The notes under the pieces are model-generated. The model worked only from the letters and a program-made list of their open reading frames with translations. It made no database searches and was not told where the DNA came from. Position numbers and translations under genes: made by a program. Positions 1 to 14,157 of a stretch of DNA of 64,000 nt are shown here, one piece after another (positions within the stretch are counted from its first letter, which is position 1; each line of letters opens with the position of its first letter). The stretch is from Scyliorhinus canicula (taxonomy: Eukaryota): contig NC_052171.1 of assembly GCF_902713615.1 (NCBI RefSeq), forward strand, positions 806,001 to 870,000, in the 5' to 3' direction.

Positions 1-506
1 AACAACTGCAAATTTTCAGCTTTCCACGCGCTGCCCTTGTATTCGCAAGGAATTATCAGCTCAATGACATGATGGAGCCAAATCATTTCACATCAGTACC
101 CTTGCAACGCACTGGAAAGTTAACATTCACTCAGGTGTATTCAAATGCAGGTTCTCTGCATAATTCAATACTAAACAATTTGGTCTTCTCATTTTGGACT
201 CCAAACCAGTTTTTGTATCAGGAGAGACTGCTTGTGTTATTTACCCTCAGTCCCTTTCACAAAGTGGATGTCCCCAAGTCACAATTAGCAGGAACTATTC
301 GCTATATTAATCCAAATGAGTGACTGCCATTTGCCAATAATAAAACTGAGTCAAAATACTGCAAACTCCTTGCACTATTAAGGAAGCCTCTTCAATTAGA
401 GGACAACAGTGTTTGAAGGGAATGTATCATCTAGGGAACTGGAGAGGTAGGAAATAAACAGACCGTGCCAAAACCACCCATATGCCAAACTCAGGAAAAC
501 TATTTG

Positions 507-652
507 TTTTATAAATTTAGAGTAACAATTATTTTTTTTCCCCAATTGCAGGGCAATTTAGCGTGGCCAATCCATCTAGCCTGCACATCTTTGGGTTGTG
601 GGTGTGAAACCCACGCAGACATGGGGAGAATGTGCAAACTCCACACGGACAG
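507..652 (-). mobile_element. tRNA/V-domain SINE, type C (A-rich tail), head-truncated
   Basis: Matches the body and tail of the copies at 20234 and 53101. Confidence 0.75.
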
Positions 653-719
653 TGTGGACAACTATTTTATGATAATAGAACATAGAACATAGAAAAACAC
701 AGCACAGATTAAGAACAAA

Positions 720-1060
720 TTAATCTATAATCTTTATTGGTGTCACAAGTAGGCTTACATTAACATTGCAATGAAGTTACTGTGAAAAGCCCCTCATCGC
801 CACATTCCAGCGCCTGTTCAAGTACACTGGGGGAGAATTCAGAATGTCCAATTCACCTAACAGCATTTTCATTTTTTCATTTTCATTTCAGCACGTCTAT
901 CGGGACTTGTGGGAGGAAACCGGAGTACCTGGAGGAAGCCAACGCAGACACAGGGAGAACATGGCAGACTCCCCACAGACAGTGACCCAAGCCGCAAATC
1001 GAACCCCGGTCCCTGGCGCTGTGAAGCAACAGTGCTAACCACTGTGCTACCGTGCCTCCC
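720..1060 (-). mobile_element. tRNA/V-domain SINE, type B (tail ...gtgacaccaataaagattat)
   Basis: tRNA-like head ggcacggtagcacagtggttagcactg; sister copy at 32366-32668. Confidence 0.85.
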
Positions 1061-1710
1061 ATTAGAGTGATAACTGCACCAGGAAATTAAAACAAACCTC
1101 AGCCCAGCTACATTAAGATATATTTCTGATGCCGTTCACATCTGACTCAGTCTTGCACGAAAGAAAATATGCCGTTATGTTTCTTTTTGCATTTATGAAT
1201 GCAGAGTTAAAAATAAAGAAAAATTAATTGCATGTGGAAAGTTAATGGGCAGTGGAGCTAGAGACATTGCTCTTCTTACCCAATGACTGCCCAAGCATAC
1301 TTTGCAGCAGGGAGCCACTGATCATTTCTAATTCCTCGGACCAAAAGCTAATTTGCACTTCAATAGCTGTCCGACAATCAGCTAGCACAATCCAATGTAG
1401 AGCTCTTGGCTCCACCTACTCATCTTAGAACCAAATAAATCCGTACAGCAAAGCACAATGAGTTTGCTAATGCAGACCAAACCACCAACACTACAACTAA
1501 AATGGAATTTCTCTATCCGAAGCTATACTCATCTGTGCACCAGTACTACTGGCGCTCCCATTAACTCAATGTGATATTCCATTCAAAAAAGATACATGGC
1601 CAGTGCAGCAGGATGCCACTTTATGTTCCTAATTTCGGCCTGAAAATTGGTCACTTCCACATCAGCAAGCACCTGATAACACAGCGGATAGAAAAAAGTG
1701 CTCTTCAAGT

Positions 1711-2035
1711 GCGGCACGGTGGCACAGTGATTAGCACTGCTGCCTCACTGCGCCAAGGACCCTGGTTCAATTTAGCCTTGGGTGACTGTCTGCCGTTTGC
1801 ACATTCTCCCCTTGTCTGCATGGGTTTCTTCCAGGTGCTCCAGTTTCCTCCCACAACCCAAACATGGGCAGGTTAGGAGAATTGGCCATGCTAAATTGCC
1901 CCTTTGTGTCCAAAGATATGCAAGTGAGGTTGGATTACAGAGTTAGGGAGTGGGCCATGGGAGGTTGCTAGTTCGGAGGGTCAGTGCAGCCTTTATGGGC
2001 TGAATGGCCTCTTCTGTACTGTGGAGGGGTTCTGC
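1711..2035 (+). mobile_element. HE1-like SINE, type A (CR1-derived tail)
   Basis: tRNA head and V-domain; ends atgggctgaatggcctcttctgtactgt, similar to CR1 3' ends. Confidence 0.8.
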
Positions 2036-2966
2036 AGTCCCAAGTCATTTCATCTGACTCACCAAATTCAGTTTCAGGTCCTATTTTGCCAAGAAACAAA
2101 GTAAAATGATTCACACTTGAGAAATTAACTTTACCTGCTTATTTGGTTTTCCCACCATTTCTCCATATACTAGAAGCACCAACAATACAGGATCTTTCCA
2201 AGGCACCAGCAGCCATCTGATACGTGGTTTGAACAACTTACATGAACAAAGCACCTTTAACAAATTCTCAGCATGCTCGGCGATGTTTGACTAAGTGTCA
2301 GCAAGTGATTTAACATGGGAAGCCTCAACAGCTCAATCTGATCTTTCTATCCCTGATCATTGGGCAGTATTCAGGGCCAAGCGGTGAATTCAATTTCCTT
2401 CCTTCAAGCTCAAGGACATGAAAGCTAATTGGCAGATCCTCAACTGCCAAACTGGCCAAGATCAATACTTGAATCTGGGGCTTACCTGGTCCACATGATG
2501 CAGCAAAATATCACACCCCAGTTCACAAATGAACTTTTAAAGAAGCTTGTCACACCAGGTATGTTGACCACACCTAGAATAATTTGCTGAGGAAGGTTTT
2601 ACAAACATGCCTGTGGGTTCTCAGTGGTCCTCATCCATTTAAAATGTCCCACTGATTTTCTGGAACATTTAATCTTGCAACCAAGATGCCTTCACTCAAC
2701 TCCAATTCCATCAGGTCTTCATGCACAGGACTCGGTACATGCACAGGAAGCAGTAGGTGAACCAATTTAGTCTTCTGCCAATCCTACCCCAGAACTACAA
2801 CCACCTCCCCCATCGGCCAACTAAGTGCACCAAGCCATGCAATTTGATTGCAGTTAGGGCACAAAAAATGACCGAGGGGCAAGCCTGATGACACTGAGCA
2901 TTAAACATCCAAGCAGGTCAGCTCCACTTACCCGCCTACTCACCATAACCCTTCATTTGTTTCGTA

Positions 2967-3146
2967 ATAATATAATAATAATCACTTATTGTTACAAGTA
3001 GGCTTCAATGACGTTACTGTGAAAAGCCACTAGTCACCACATTCCGGCACCTGTTCGGGGAGGCAGGTACGGGAATTGAACCTGCGCTGCTGGTCTTGTT
3101 CTGCATTACAAGCCAGCTGTTTAGCCCACTGTGCTAAACCAACCCC
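2967..3146 (-). mobile_element. Short tRNA-derived SINE, type D
   Basis: Head ggtttagcacagtgggctaaa plus the tail shared with type B. Confidence 0.8.
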
Positions 3147-3169
3147 CTTCATGTTCAAAAATCTATCTT

Positions 3170-3810
3170 TGCCTTAAAAACATTCAACAAGGAGCCTCAA
3201 CTGTTTCACTGGGCAGGGAATCCCACAGATTTACAACTCTTTGGGTGAAGAAGTTCCTCCTCAGCTCAGTCTTAAACCTGCTCCCCCTTATTTTGAGGTT
3301 ATGTCCCCTAGTTCCAGTTTCACCCACCAGTGGAAACAACCTCCCTGCTTCTATCTTATCTATTCCCTTCATATTTTTATATGTTTCTATAAGATCGCCC
3401 CTCATTTTGCTAAATACTAAGAGTACAGTCCCAGTCTGCTCAGTCTCGCCTCATAAGCCAATCCTCTGAACTCCGGAACCAACCTAATGCATCTCCTATG
3501 CAACCCCTACAGTGCCAGTACATCCTTTCTTAACTCAGGTGACCAAAGCTGTACACAGTACTCCAGGTGTGGCCTCACCAACACCCTATACAGCTGCAAC
3601 ATAACCTCCCTGTTTTTAAACTCCATCCCTCTAGCAATGAAAGACCAAATTCCATTCGCCTTTTTCATTACCTGCTACACCTGCAAACCAACGTTTTGCA
3701 ATTCATGCACATGGACACCTAGGTTACTCTGCACACAGCATGCTGCAATTTTTTACCATTTAAATATAGTCCATTTCGTTGTTATTCCTCTCAAAATGGA
3801 TGACCTCATT
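3170..3810 (-). mobile_element. CR1 LINE 3' fragment
   Basis: ORF 3184-3405 MRGDLIETYK...FFTQRVVNLWDSLP is the CR1 ORF2 C-terminus. Confidence 0.9.
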
Positions 3811-3939
3811 TACCGACATTGTTTTGAACATTGCTGTTTTTTTGCATATAACCTGACATATGAATCACAAGCCATCCTACAAAATTTGGCTCCATATTAA
3901 AGAGTTAAAAACTTGGAAGCAAAGCCGTTGACTTTGGAG

Positions 3940-4170
3940 GTTGGATTCCGGCCTTGGGTGAATGTACAATTTGCACCTTCTCCCTTTGTCTGCATGGGTT
4001 TCCTCCGGGTTTGCCAGTTTCCTCCCATAGTCCAAACATGTGCAGGTCAGGTGGATTGGCCATTATTAATGCACAGGGTTATGAGGCTGAGGAGTGGGCC
4101 AGTTTGTGTGTTCTTTCGGAGGGTAGGTGCAGGTGGCCTAATTCTGCCTTGTCGGGGTTCTGCGGAGTCT
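3940..4170 (+). mobile_element. HE1-like SINE type A, degraded
   Basis: V-domain tttgcaccttctccctttgtctgcatgggtttcctccgg; resembles the copy at 1711. Confidence 0.7.
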
Positions 4171-4619
4171 AACACACGCAGAAACAACACCAAAGGGGCT
4201 TTTTCCGGTGGCCAAAATCTCCTTGGACAAAGCACCCCCAATCTTCAGTGTCTCACCATGTCTAGCAGGAAACTAATATTCTAAATTTCCTGACTTTTAC
4301 TGAACTTCGAGCCGGCATCATCCAGAACTGAGGATAATGCAAGGTCCCAGGACAAGGCACCATATCCAGAGATGCACCACTCTACCAGAACTGGCCTTTT
4401 CCAGAATGAGGTAGGTTCCTTAAGGAAGGTTCACAAGTTGGTCTTGAGTCCACAAATGCATAAATCCAAGGTTCAGGATGGCTGGCCAACAATCAGTGTG
4501 CAAAGTTTAGCTATCGGGAAAGGGATTTTACTTTTGACAGATTCAGTCTAGGTTTGCCCAAGTTAACTGGACACTTCTACATGTACAGTAATCACGTGTT
4601 ATTATTTCACAGGATGTGT

Positions 4620-5330
4620 GCATCGGAGGCAAGGCTACCATTTATTGCCCATTCCTAATTGCCCATGAGAAAGGAGTGGTGAGCCACCTTTGCAGTCCAT
4701 CTGGCGTGGGAATACCTGCAGTGCCATCAGGGAGTTAGTGCAGGATTTTGACCCAGAGTGTGAAGGAACGGCGATAACATTCCACATTCAGCGTCAGATG
4801 GGGTTGCAGGAGAACTTGCAGGTAGTGTTCCCATGCACCTGCAACCTTGCCCTTCCAGTGGGAGAGGTTGTAGTTTTGGAAGATGCTGTCTGACAGGCCC
4901 TGGTGTGTCTCTGTGGTGCATTGTTAATGGTGTACAATTCTGCCACTGTACGTCAGTGCTGAAGAGGGAGAACTTTTGAGGCAATGGATAGGGTGCCAGT
5001 CAAGCAACTGCTTTGTCCCAGATGGCGTCTCGTCTGTTGTTGGAGATGCGTTCACCCGGTTGAGTGGATAGTATTCCATCACAGTCCTGATTTGTGCCTG
5101 GTAGATTGTGGGCAGGCTTTGAGGAGTTAGGAGGACAGGTACTCACAGCAGAATTTCCAGCCTCTGACCTGCTCCTGACATCACAGGATTTAAATGGCTG
5201 GTCAACGCCAACTTTCCAGGATGTTTATAATGGGGGATTCAGCCATAGTCATGCATTGAATGTCATGGGGAAACAGTCAGGTTCTCTCTTGTTGGAGATG
5301 ATCATTGCCTGGCACTTGCTCAGCATGTAA
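4620..5330 (-). mobile_element. Old CR1/L2-group LINE 3' fragment (second family)
   Basis: Same 3' end as 21705-21845 (-) and 35300-35612 (+), with WNSLP-type coding remnants in those copies. Confidence 0.65.
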
Positions 5331-6284
5331 CACAATGGTAATTTGCTTAATTGCACTGTAACTTTCACATAGTTTAATCCCAGGAATTGGCAGAGACTTT
5401 GAGTAAGTATTTTGTACATATGAAGACACAAAATACATCCCAAGAGCAATAGGAAAGCAGGGGGCTGTGAGGGAAGCAAAGAGAGGGAAGAACTTGAAAC
5501 AATAATTGTCATGAAAAAAAGTACGCTGAAAATTACCTGTGCTAAAGACTGACAAGTGTCCTGTACCTGATGGCCTACATCCAAAAGGTATAAAAAGGAA
5601 GTTGCTGCACAGATTGTGGATGAACTGGTGCAATCCTCCACAATTCCCCACATTCTGTAAAGATTCCAATCATTTGGCAAATCACAAATCTGAGACTCCT
5701 ACTCAAGAAATTAGGGAGACATCAAGTTGGAAACTACAGGCCACTTCGCCTCACATCTGTCAATCACAAAATGCTAGGACCCATTATTAAAGAGGTAGCA
5801 GCATGACATTTAGAAAATCATAATATAATTAAGCAGTCAACATCATTTTATAAAAAAGGAAATGACGTTTAACAAATTTATTAAACTTCTTTCAGGATGT
5901 AACAAACGGACAACTCAAAACAGGAGATGGAGTGCATTTATATTTCCAAATGGCATTCAACAAGGTGCCACATGATAGGAGATCACTGCGTTGAGGGCGA
6001 TAGATTGGCAAGCATTGTAGATTGGTTTTCAGGTTGGCAAACTGTAATCAGTGGAGTGTCACAGAGATCAGTGCTGGGGCCTCAACTGTGACCTACATTA
6101 ACGACTTGGATCAAAGGACCAACTTTTGTGCTGCCAAATTTCCTGATGATACAAAGATAGGTAGGAAAGCGAGTCGTGAGGAGGATACAAAGAGGTTGTA
6201 ATGGGCTAGAGATATAGCGAGTGGCCAAATTGATTGCAATTTTTTAAAACATGAGGCATACCTAAATATATGAATATTCGAATT

Positions 6285-7090
6285 CGGAGCAGGAGCACAT
6301 ATTTAAAGATTTTGCTTCCACTGTCTTTTGGAGAAAGTTCCAGAGACACTTAACCATCAGAAAAAACATTTCTCCTCACCTCTGTCTCAAATGAATGACC
6401 ACTTATATTTAAACAGTGACCCCTAATTCTAGATTCTCCCACAAGAGGAATCATCTTCTCCGCAACCACCATGTCGATACCCCTCAGAATATTAAAGGTT
6501 TCCATCAAGACACCCCGACTTAAATACTAGTGGATACTAACATAACCTCCCCAACCCTTCTTCATAAGAAAACCCGCCTGTTCCTGATGGGTGTGGCACA
6601 TGTAAGAGCTGCTTCTTACATATTTACATCTTTCCTAAAATAAGGAGACTAATACTGTACAAAATATTACAGATGTGTTCTCACCAATGTCCTGTAGTCT
6701 CACCAATGCCCAGTATAAGTGAAGCATAACCTGCCTACTTTTGTGATCAGTTCCTCTCACAATAAATTAGAACAATTGCTTGCTGTACCTGCATAGTAGC
6801 CTTTAGTGATTCATATGCTGGGACATCCAGATTCTGCCACACCTTAGAGCTCTGCAATTTCGCACTATTTAGATAAGCAGCTTTTTTATTCTTCTTGCCA
6901 AAAAGGACAATTTCCTATTTGCCCACATTATACTTAGTTTGCCAGATTATTGCCCATAAACTTAATCTACAATCTATGTCCCTTTGTAGCTTCCAATCAT
7001 CCTCCTCACGATTTACTTTCCTATCTAACTTTCGCATCAACTAATTTAGCAACCATACTTCAGTCCCTTCGTCCAAGTCATTTATATGAG
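6285..7090 (-). mobile_element. CR1 LINE fragment, antisense, nested
   Basis: Resembles the 3' CR1 sequence at 37895-38900. Confidence 0.75.
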
Positions 7091-7101
7091 ATCAAGGTGG
7101 T

Positions 7102-7322
7102 GGCACAAGGCACAATGGTTAGCACTGCTGCCTACGGCACTGAGGACTCGGGTTCGATCCCGGCCCCAGGTCACGGTCTGTGTGGAATTTGCATATTCCC
7201 CCGTGTCTGTGTGGGTTTCGCCCCCACAACCCAAACATGTGCAGGGTAGGTGGACTGGCCATGCTAAACTGTCCCTTAATTGGAAAAAATTTATTGGGTG
7301 CTTTAAATTTTTTTTTTTTAAA
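7102..7322 (+). mobile_element. SINE type C
   Basis: tRNA head; tail cccttaattggaaaaaa; flanked by the approximate TSD tatga(g/t)atcaa. Confidence 0.85.
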
Positions 7323-7529
7323 TTGTATGATATCAAAAAGGTTGAGGGTCCAGCACTGATCCATGTGGCATACCACTCATCACATCCTGCCAAACAGAAA
7401 AAGGCCAATTTACGCTCTGGAAAGAAGAACAGAAAAGCAGGGGTTGCATGTAAATGCAGAGAGACTGCAGAATTCTGCAGTACAGGAGGGACTTGGTGTC
7501 ACTGTACATGAATCACAAAGTGTTAACGT

Positions 7530-8101
7530 TGTTCTGGGTCAGGGTTTAGAGAACCCCAAAGTATATCATGGAGTTCACCTGACCCACAACTTTTAATAGA
7601 TTGTGGGATGGGGAGCACACGGCCCACTCGACAGGTGTGGTACAGCAGAAATGGAAAAGTATTTTTTAAAGCAAAACAATGTTTATTCTATGAACTCAAG
7701 TGAACCTTTTTAAAACATACAGTGAGCATCTTAACAACCATCAATTCAAATACAACCCCCACAAAGAATACAACACTAAGTAATCCTTAATAACTTCTCA
7801 AACAACATCCAGAAGACAAAAAAAAAACATCTTTTAACAGAAGCACATTAGGTTTACATTCACTACTGAGAACATTTATAATTCTGAATTCACCAAATGA
7901 TCAAGAGATAGTCTTTTCATGGCAGAGATCAACAATACACCTGCTCTGTCTGGCTTCAGCTCCAACACTGAAAACAAAACTAAAGCACACCCTGCAGCAA
8001 ACAGCCTAAAACGAAAGTAGAAAGCTGAAAATAGCCCAGCTCCACCCACACTCTGACATCACTGATAAACACCTATTTCTTAAAGGTACTCTCACATGAC
8101 A
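7530..8101. mobile_element. Probable solo LTR
   Basis: TGTT...ATGACA termini; cleanly interrupts CR1 coding sequence; TSD degenerate. Confidence 0.6.
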
Positions 8102-8187
8102 ACAGGTCAATACAGCAAGCAATTTGGGAGGCAAATAAAGTGTTGGCCTTTATTGCAATATAGGTGAAGAACATAACTTGGGATGTC

Positions 8188-8412
8188 GGGTGGAATGGTG
8201 GCGCAGTGGTTAGCACTTCTACCTCATGGCACTGAGGACCTGGGTTCGATTCCAGCCCCGAGTCAGTGTGTGTGGAGTTTGCACATTCCCCCCCATGTTT
8301 GCCTGGGTTTCACCCCCACAACCCAAAGGTGTACAGGTTAGGTGGATTGGCCACACTAAATTGCCCCTTAGTGGGAAAAAAATGAATTGGGTACTTGAAA
8401 TTGTTTTTTTAA
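8188..8412 (+). mobile_element. SINE type C
   Basis: Approximate TSD taa(c/g)ttggga(t/c)gt. Confidence 0.8.
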
Positions 8413-8802
8413 ATACTAAGTTGGGACGTTTTGTTACAACTGTACAGCAGCACGTTGGTCAGACTACGTACAATTTTAGTATACTCACTTGATGGATACT
8501 CTTCTATTGGAAGCATTTCAAAAAAGGTTCACTAAACCAAATCCTGGGATAGAGGGGTTATCTTATTGGGAAAGAGTGGGCTGAAACTCACTGAGGTTAA
8601 GCTGCAAAGGTGATATTTTTGCAAAACAAAATTCTGAGGAGGCACAATAGGGTGAATGCTCAGAGAACAGTTCCACTTGTGGAGAAAGTTGGAACTCAGG
8701 GATTGTTCCAAAATATAGGGTCGCATATTTCAGACAGAGATGAGGATGAATTGTCTTCTAAAAAGGGACTTGCAAATTCTCTTCCCCAGGGAGAAGCAGT
8801 GG

Positions 8803-9120
8803 CCTGCAGTGCAGGAGGCCATTCCACCCGTCAGGTCTGCACCAACCCTTCAAAAGAGCACTCTAACCATGTCCACCCCACCCTATCCCTTTAAGCCCAT
8901 AACCTAACCTGCACTTCCCTGGACACAAGGGGCAATTTATCATGGCCAATCCACCAAATCTGCACATCTTTGGACTGTGGAGGAAACCGGTGCACTCGGA
9001 GTAATCCCACACAGACATGGGGAGGACGTACAAAGTCCACACAGTCACTCAGGGCCAGAATTGAGCCCAGGTTCCTGGCACTGTGATGCAACAGTGCTAA
9101 CCACTGCACCATCCTGGCAT
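8803..9120 (-). mobile_element. HE1-like SINE type A
   Basis: tRNA head, V-domain and CR1-like tail. Confidence 0.8.
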
Positions 9121-10025
9121 CCAATTTATTCGTGTGGCATAATCAAAGTGAGTTGGACAAATCATTGATCAACATGGGAGTTTAGTTATGAGGAGCTGGC
9201 GTTAAAATGCAGTTAAGACCACAATCAGATCAGCAATCATTGTACTGAATTGGACATCCAGGCACAATGCCTATTCCTGCCCTAATTTCCGATGCTCTGC
9301 CGAGGTTTTGCCATGCTCTCAGCTGTTGCAGCACCTTGATGCAATCGGAAAACACGTTGCTCTCTGGTCAAAATTTTCTGCGAAACAGGACAATCTGCAC
9401 TTGTACTGTCTGCATCTAATTTCATCCTTGCCATCACACGTTCCTCCCCGACCAGGTTCTCATGAGGTACCTAAATTTGGGGAGAACTGTGAATGCACCT
9501 CGGAGTCCCTCTCCTAATGAAAAGGCACTGACCGCTTTCTAGACCTCGGATGAAGGACCGGGTTCCGTTGTGATGTCACCTCACTCCTTCAAAAGGTTCA
9601 CAAGGCACCCAACAATTATGGATTAGAATTATCACTCAGAAAAACACTTGCACCTGTGAAACACACCCCAGGGAGAAATTAGCATTTTAAAAGGTAAGGG
9701 AGGAAAAGAAAGGCAGAGAAAAATGCTTCTGCACAGGCTTGCTATTTATTTGCCTTCTATAACAGAGCAACATGGTATTGAACATATTTCACCTGGTGAA
9801 ATATCATCAGGAGTTTGACCAAAAGTTGTTGTTGGTTTTTCAATTCACTCGTCAGGAACAGACGTTATTTTCTTACTGGAACACTGACTAGAAGCAGCTG
9901 TGGGTCCTGCCCAACTTTAATCCCTTTATATTGCACACAAATTAAAATAGTGTTTTTATTTTCCTTGGCTCCTTATACAATGGAACCTGCCCAGTTTACA
10001 TCATGGGGAGGATTTCATGTATTTA

Positions 10026-10200
10026 TGGTTTAGCACAGTGGGCTAAATCACTGGCTTGTTAAAGAGAACAATGCCAGCAGCGCAGGTTCAATTCCCATAC
10101 CAGCCTCCCCGAACAGGCGCCGGAATGTGGCGACTAGCGGCTTTCACAGTAACTTCATTGAAGCCTTCTCGTGACAATAAGCGATTATTATTTTTATTTC
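10026..10200 (+). mobile_element. SINE type D
   Basis: ggtttagcacagtgggctaaatc...gtgacaataagcgattatt. Confidence 0.85.
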
Positions 10201-10391
10201 AAAATACCAATGCAAAGAGGCATTGCTTTTTCAAATTTGTTCATATGGAGGAACCTCCCCTCGTATCCCCTCCACGACTGCAACCAAAAGAAAACCAAAC
10301 CCACACACATGCATGTTAGCTACCAGGAGCTCACACTTGGCCCAAGACAGCATGCCAACTTGAATCAGAAATTGGTCAGACAAACCTCCTC

Positions 10392-10579
10392 AAAATGAAA
10401 TGAATGAATGAAAATGAAATGAATGAAAATGGCTTATTGTCACGAGTAGGCTTCAAATGAAGTTACTATGAAAAGCCCCTAGTCGCCACATTCCGGCGCC
10501 TGTTCGGGGAGTCTGTTACGGGAATCGAACCGTGCTGCTGGCCTGCTTTCAAAGCCAGCGATTTAGCCCAGTGCTAAAC
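10392..10579 (-). mobile_element. SINE type D with (ttca)n tail
   Basis: Reverse-complement homolog of 10026-10200. Confidence 0.85.
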
Positions 10580-13500
10580 GGAATGAAAACAAGATATTAA
10601 TTGTCACCAGTCACCCTGCTCAAGTCCTCAACAATCCAGTGTATCACGTAATTGTCACAGGTCTGTGCTAGCAGTCGGGGTCGAGCATAAACGTGAATAT
10701 CATATTGTTAACAGGGAACAGCCAAGTGAGTAATCAGTTCCTTTGACAGCCAGCACAGGACACACACCTTCACCAGGAAGCAGATAACACTCCAGCTTTG
10801 CTATAATGGGACAACTAAACTGGAATGCAGAGAAGATAACCCCATAACAGCAGTGCGAGGAGGTTGTCACATTCCTTTGCAGACAATGAAGAAGGACATG
10901 AATAGCTTAAATATCCTGAAGTTATATTTTATACAAAGCATTCTCGGCAAATATATTGCATGACTTAATACCATGTCAAAGGTACGGACTGCCTCTTTGC
11001 CATGGAGCATTCCCTTCCTGGGAGCCCAAAGAGCAATTGCCAGAAATTATTTCACTACAGGTGCCTTCAATGTAAAACTCAATCTTGTTCTCATTCATAA
11101 TAAGCAAGCCCTTTCCAAAACATGTCGCTCAATAATGAGCAGGAGCAAGAACCCGGACTAAGTCTAGATTCCCTTCCTGAACCAAGGTTCACTGAGGCTA
11201 TCTGCATCACCTGTAAAATTGGCTAACTCACACAGACCAAAAACTGAACGTGGAAACTACTTGATCTGCATGTTTCACATCATGCCAAGTAGGGTATTTT
11301 CCCAGCAGATATCACTGACACCTTTATGAAGTTGTAAAGCTTAAAACTCAGTCACAACCTATTGCCATGGTTACAACTACTCTTTTTCAGGGACACTCAT
11401 TGCCAATCTTCAACAGTTAACACCTTCCTAAGTAACTGCAATTTAGATTTCTGCCACCAGGAAGTAGCTCACACTGCCAACCATTGCAACCATTAGAGCA
11501 ATCTTACCTGGCAGAAAGAGGTACATTGACCATGTTTAAAACTTGGCTGCAGCAAATTTCTCCTCTGAACACATTCACTTTATGTTTATGTGGGTTAACC
11601 GTGTGATCAGAAGCCCAAGACATCTGAGCACTTCATTAACCAGGTCTGGAAGCATTTTAATTTTTCTCCATGTTTTGTTAGTGAATCCCGCTCCCTTTCA
11701 GTCCAGAGTCTGGTTGGTATATTGGGTTACACCAACAGGTCAGAGTTGCTTCATAAACATCACTGCATAGACTCAGAAATGCAGCACGGGCGAGGTAGCA
11801 TCACACAGAGCACTCGCCAAAACGATGCAACAATATGCAGCATAACTTGAGCACCAATATTTCAGCGCTATGTTTTGTGTCCCAAACTACCTCATAAATA
11901 ACATGGTGAAATCACGTACTGACAGCATTTAATTACAACAATCTTATAAGATACCTCAAGTTGATAACACCCAGCAATGCTGATCATTTTTCGGTCTTTG
12001 CATTGGTACAGTTAATCTAATCTCTTCGATATAACTGAAGCGCATTTTGCAGATCAGAGTGCAGAGCCTGTAAAGGTAAGCCAAAGGTACTCCTTCCAAC
12101 GACCTGTTTTAAGCACTGTCAGCAAGATTTCAAATAAGGTGCAAGAAATAATGTGCATAAAATGTTTGTATTTGGGTTTAATTGAACTGCCTGTTAAGTT
12201 TCGCCTCTTTGATAAGTTACAATGAGTCTCAAAGTCATCTCAAACTGCAAGCATCGAATGTTGGTCAGTGCAGGCCTGTCACTAATGGCAGCAGCAGTTT
12301 GAAGAGATGACTTAAAACATCACCCAGCATGAAGAGATGCTGGTTTTGGTATGTTTATTTCCTCCTTCAATGCTTTTGTGTCCATAGCTCTCACTGCTAT
12401 CCAAAAATATGCTTCATAACAACAGATAATCGACAGGTTGTTTGGATGGATGATTGTAGCCAACACAGATGTTCTATTTAAGAAACAGCAAGATTGTTAG
12501 GTTGGTGCTCAGGAGGACATTGAGCAAGTGGGTCAAAAGGATTCCTTTATCAGAATCCACCTGGCAGCCCCGATATTAAAACACTGGTATCCCAGCACGT
12601 AAATAAGCCAGATGTCCGCACACATCAATAAATGCAAATTAACAGCTGTACTCTAACAGACAGAATGCCTCGCATCAGAACCAAGGACTCAGTACTTTCC
12701 CCATAATAACACTTGTCACTTTGTTCAGTCTGCTGCTGAATTGTGCACCACCCCAGGACCAAAGCATAAACTCCTGCCTGACACAGGCACAGGACTGAAT
12801 GGATGTTAAAAATCTCCATCATTCCTTCCAGAATACTGGAAAGATTCCTCGCAATCAAAAATGATGCGAGTCTTAAATTCACACATCACTTCACTTCTAC
12901 TTCAAACACTGAAGGCCAATAAACATAATTGTATATTTGCACAGGATATGGAAACACAATGAGGCCTCAGCACATTTGAGAATGTTTGATACTCCATTTA
13001 ACAGATCAATTTAACAGAAGCCTCTTGGAACTTCATATACTCCGGGCACCACATAAAACTATATTGACAGATTGAAACCAGTGTCATCACCCAGCTTATT
13101 TCTCGTATACATACTCACTCTCTGTGTGGGCTGTGCAATGCATTTTAAATTACCACCAGCCCAATAAGACATTGCAATCACCAGGGCTTCAGCCTGGTGT
13201 CTCACAAAATGCCCACTGACACAGCCCAAGTTGGAAAAACAGAATATGATGTGTTGTATGGTACAAAGTGTTACCACACTATAGTTCCACAACAATCATC
13301 ACATTCTACTAAAACTGGAATGACAGTGCCTCGTGGGTGCACAAACCAAATAATCTACATATATTCCAGTAGTTATAACCAATACTCAATTTTGAAACTT
13401 ACAATTTATTCATCCAATACATCAGCTTGGAGATCTATTTGAAACCTTGTAACAGTCCATGAGAACCAATGTCCAGGATCTTCACTTCCATGTGAGTTAT

Positions 13501-14157
13501 TTTTTGATAGACTACCTTGCCATACAGAAAATCTAAGGGACAGCAAAAACAACAAAAATGCTGTTGCTTTTCACTGATCAGAATTTTACAACCCCAGTTA
13601 ATTCAACCTGTACAAAATGAAAATGGGAGGAGTACAGAGTGTGTCACACAAATGCCTCGAGTCCACGACAGGAAGCGTTTTAGTCACTTTAGTTCTACTT
13701 CTTCAGCTGAAGGCCGATTGTATTTCATATCACTCAACTGTTAAGTGAAAATCACAAACCATTCTCAAGATGGTACATTTAACAATGAATTAATATTTCT
13801 CAGCCATGCATAATATCCACAAAATAAATCTGATTCATACTGAGCTGCTGAATGCTGTACTTCCTCCCACCATCAACCAACATATAAAACCAGCATATTA
13901 AAAAAATCTCAGGGCGCATTTAGGTTAATTTCCAAATAATTAATTGGTACATCTGTTGAATCTCACCAAGCACTTCCATCATCAAAAATTGGGAATCGCA
14001 GACAAAAAAAATCTACCAAGAAAACTGCAACAGACGCTTTAATCTTCAAAAAAATACCCAGACCATAAAACACCAGTGCAGAAAGCAATGAAACCAGGGA
14101 TTTGGGGGCGGGAGGGCAACGAGAGGAAACAAGGAAAATATAAATTGTCCTTTTTAC

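Larger units (their letters stand above)
5440..8770 (+). mobile_element. Degraded CR1 LINE interrupted by an antisense CR1, SINEs and a solo LTR
   Basis: Remnants of DGLHP, FNKVPH, SVLGP and KF(A)DDTK motifs in order; continues after the insertions. Confidence 0.75.

Noticed and set aside
1711-1790. tRNA genes
   Set aside because: All tRNA-like sequences are SINE heads continuing into SINE bodies, without a full cloverleaf.
1-14157. PPP2R2A exon 3, or SLC23A2 exons expected from human TMEM230 synteny
   Set aside because: I found no ADIISTVEF/GDKGG coding or SLC23A2-like exon by eye; the region reads as intron 2.
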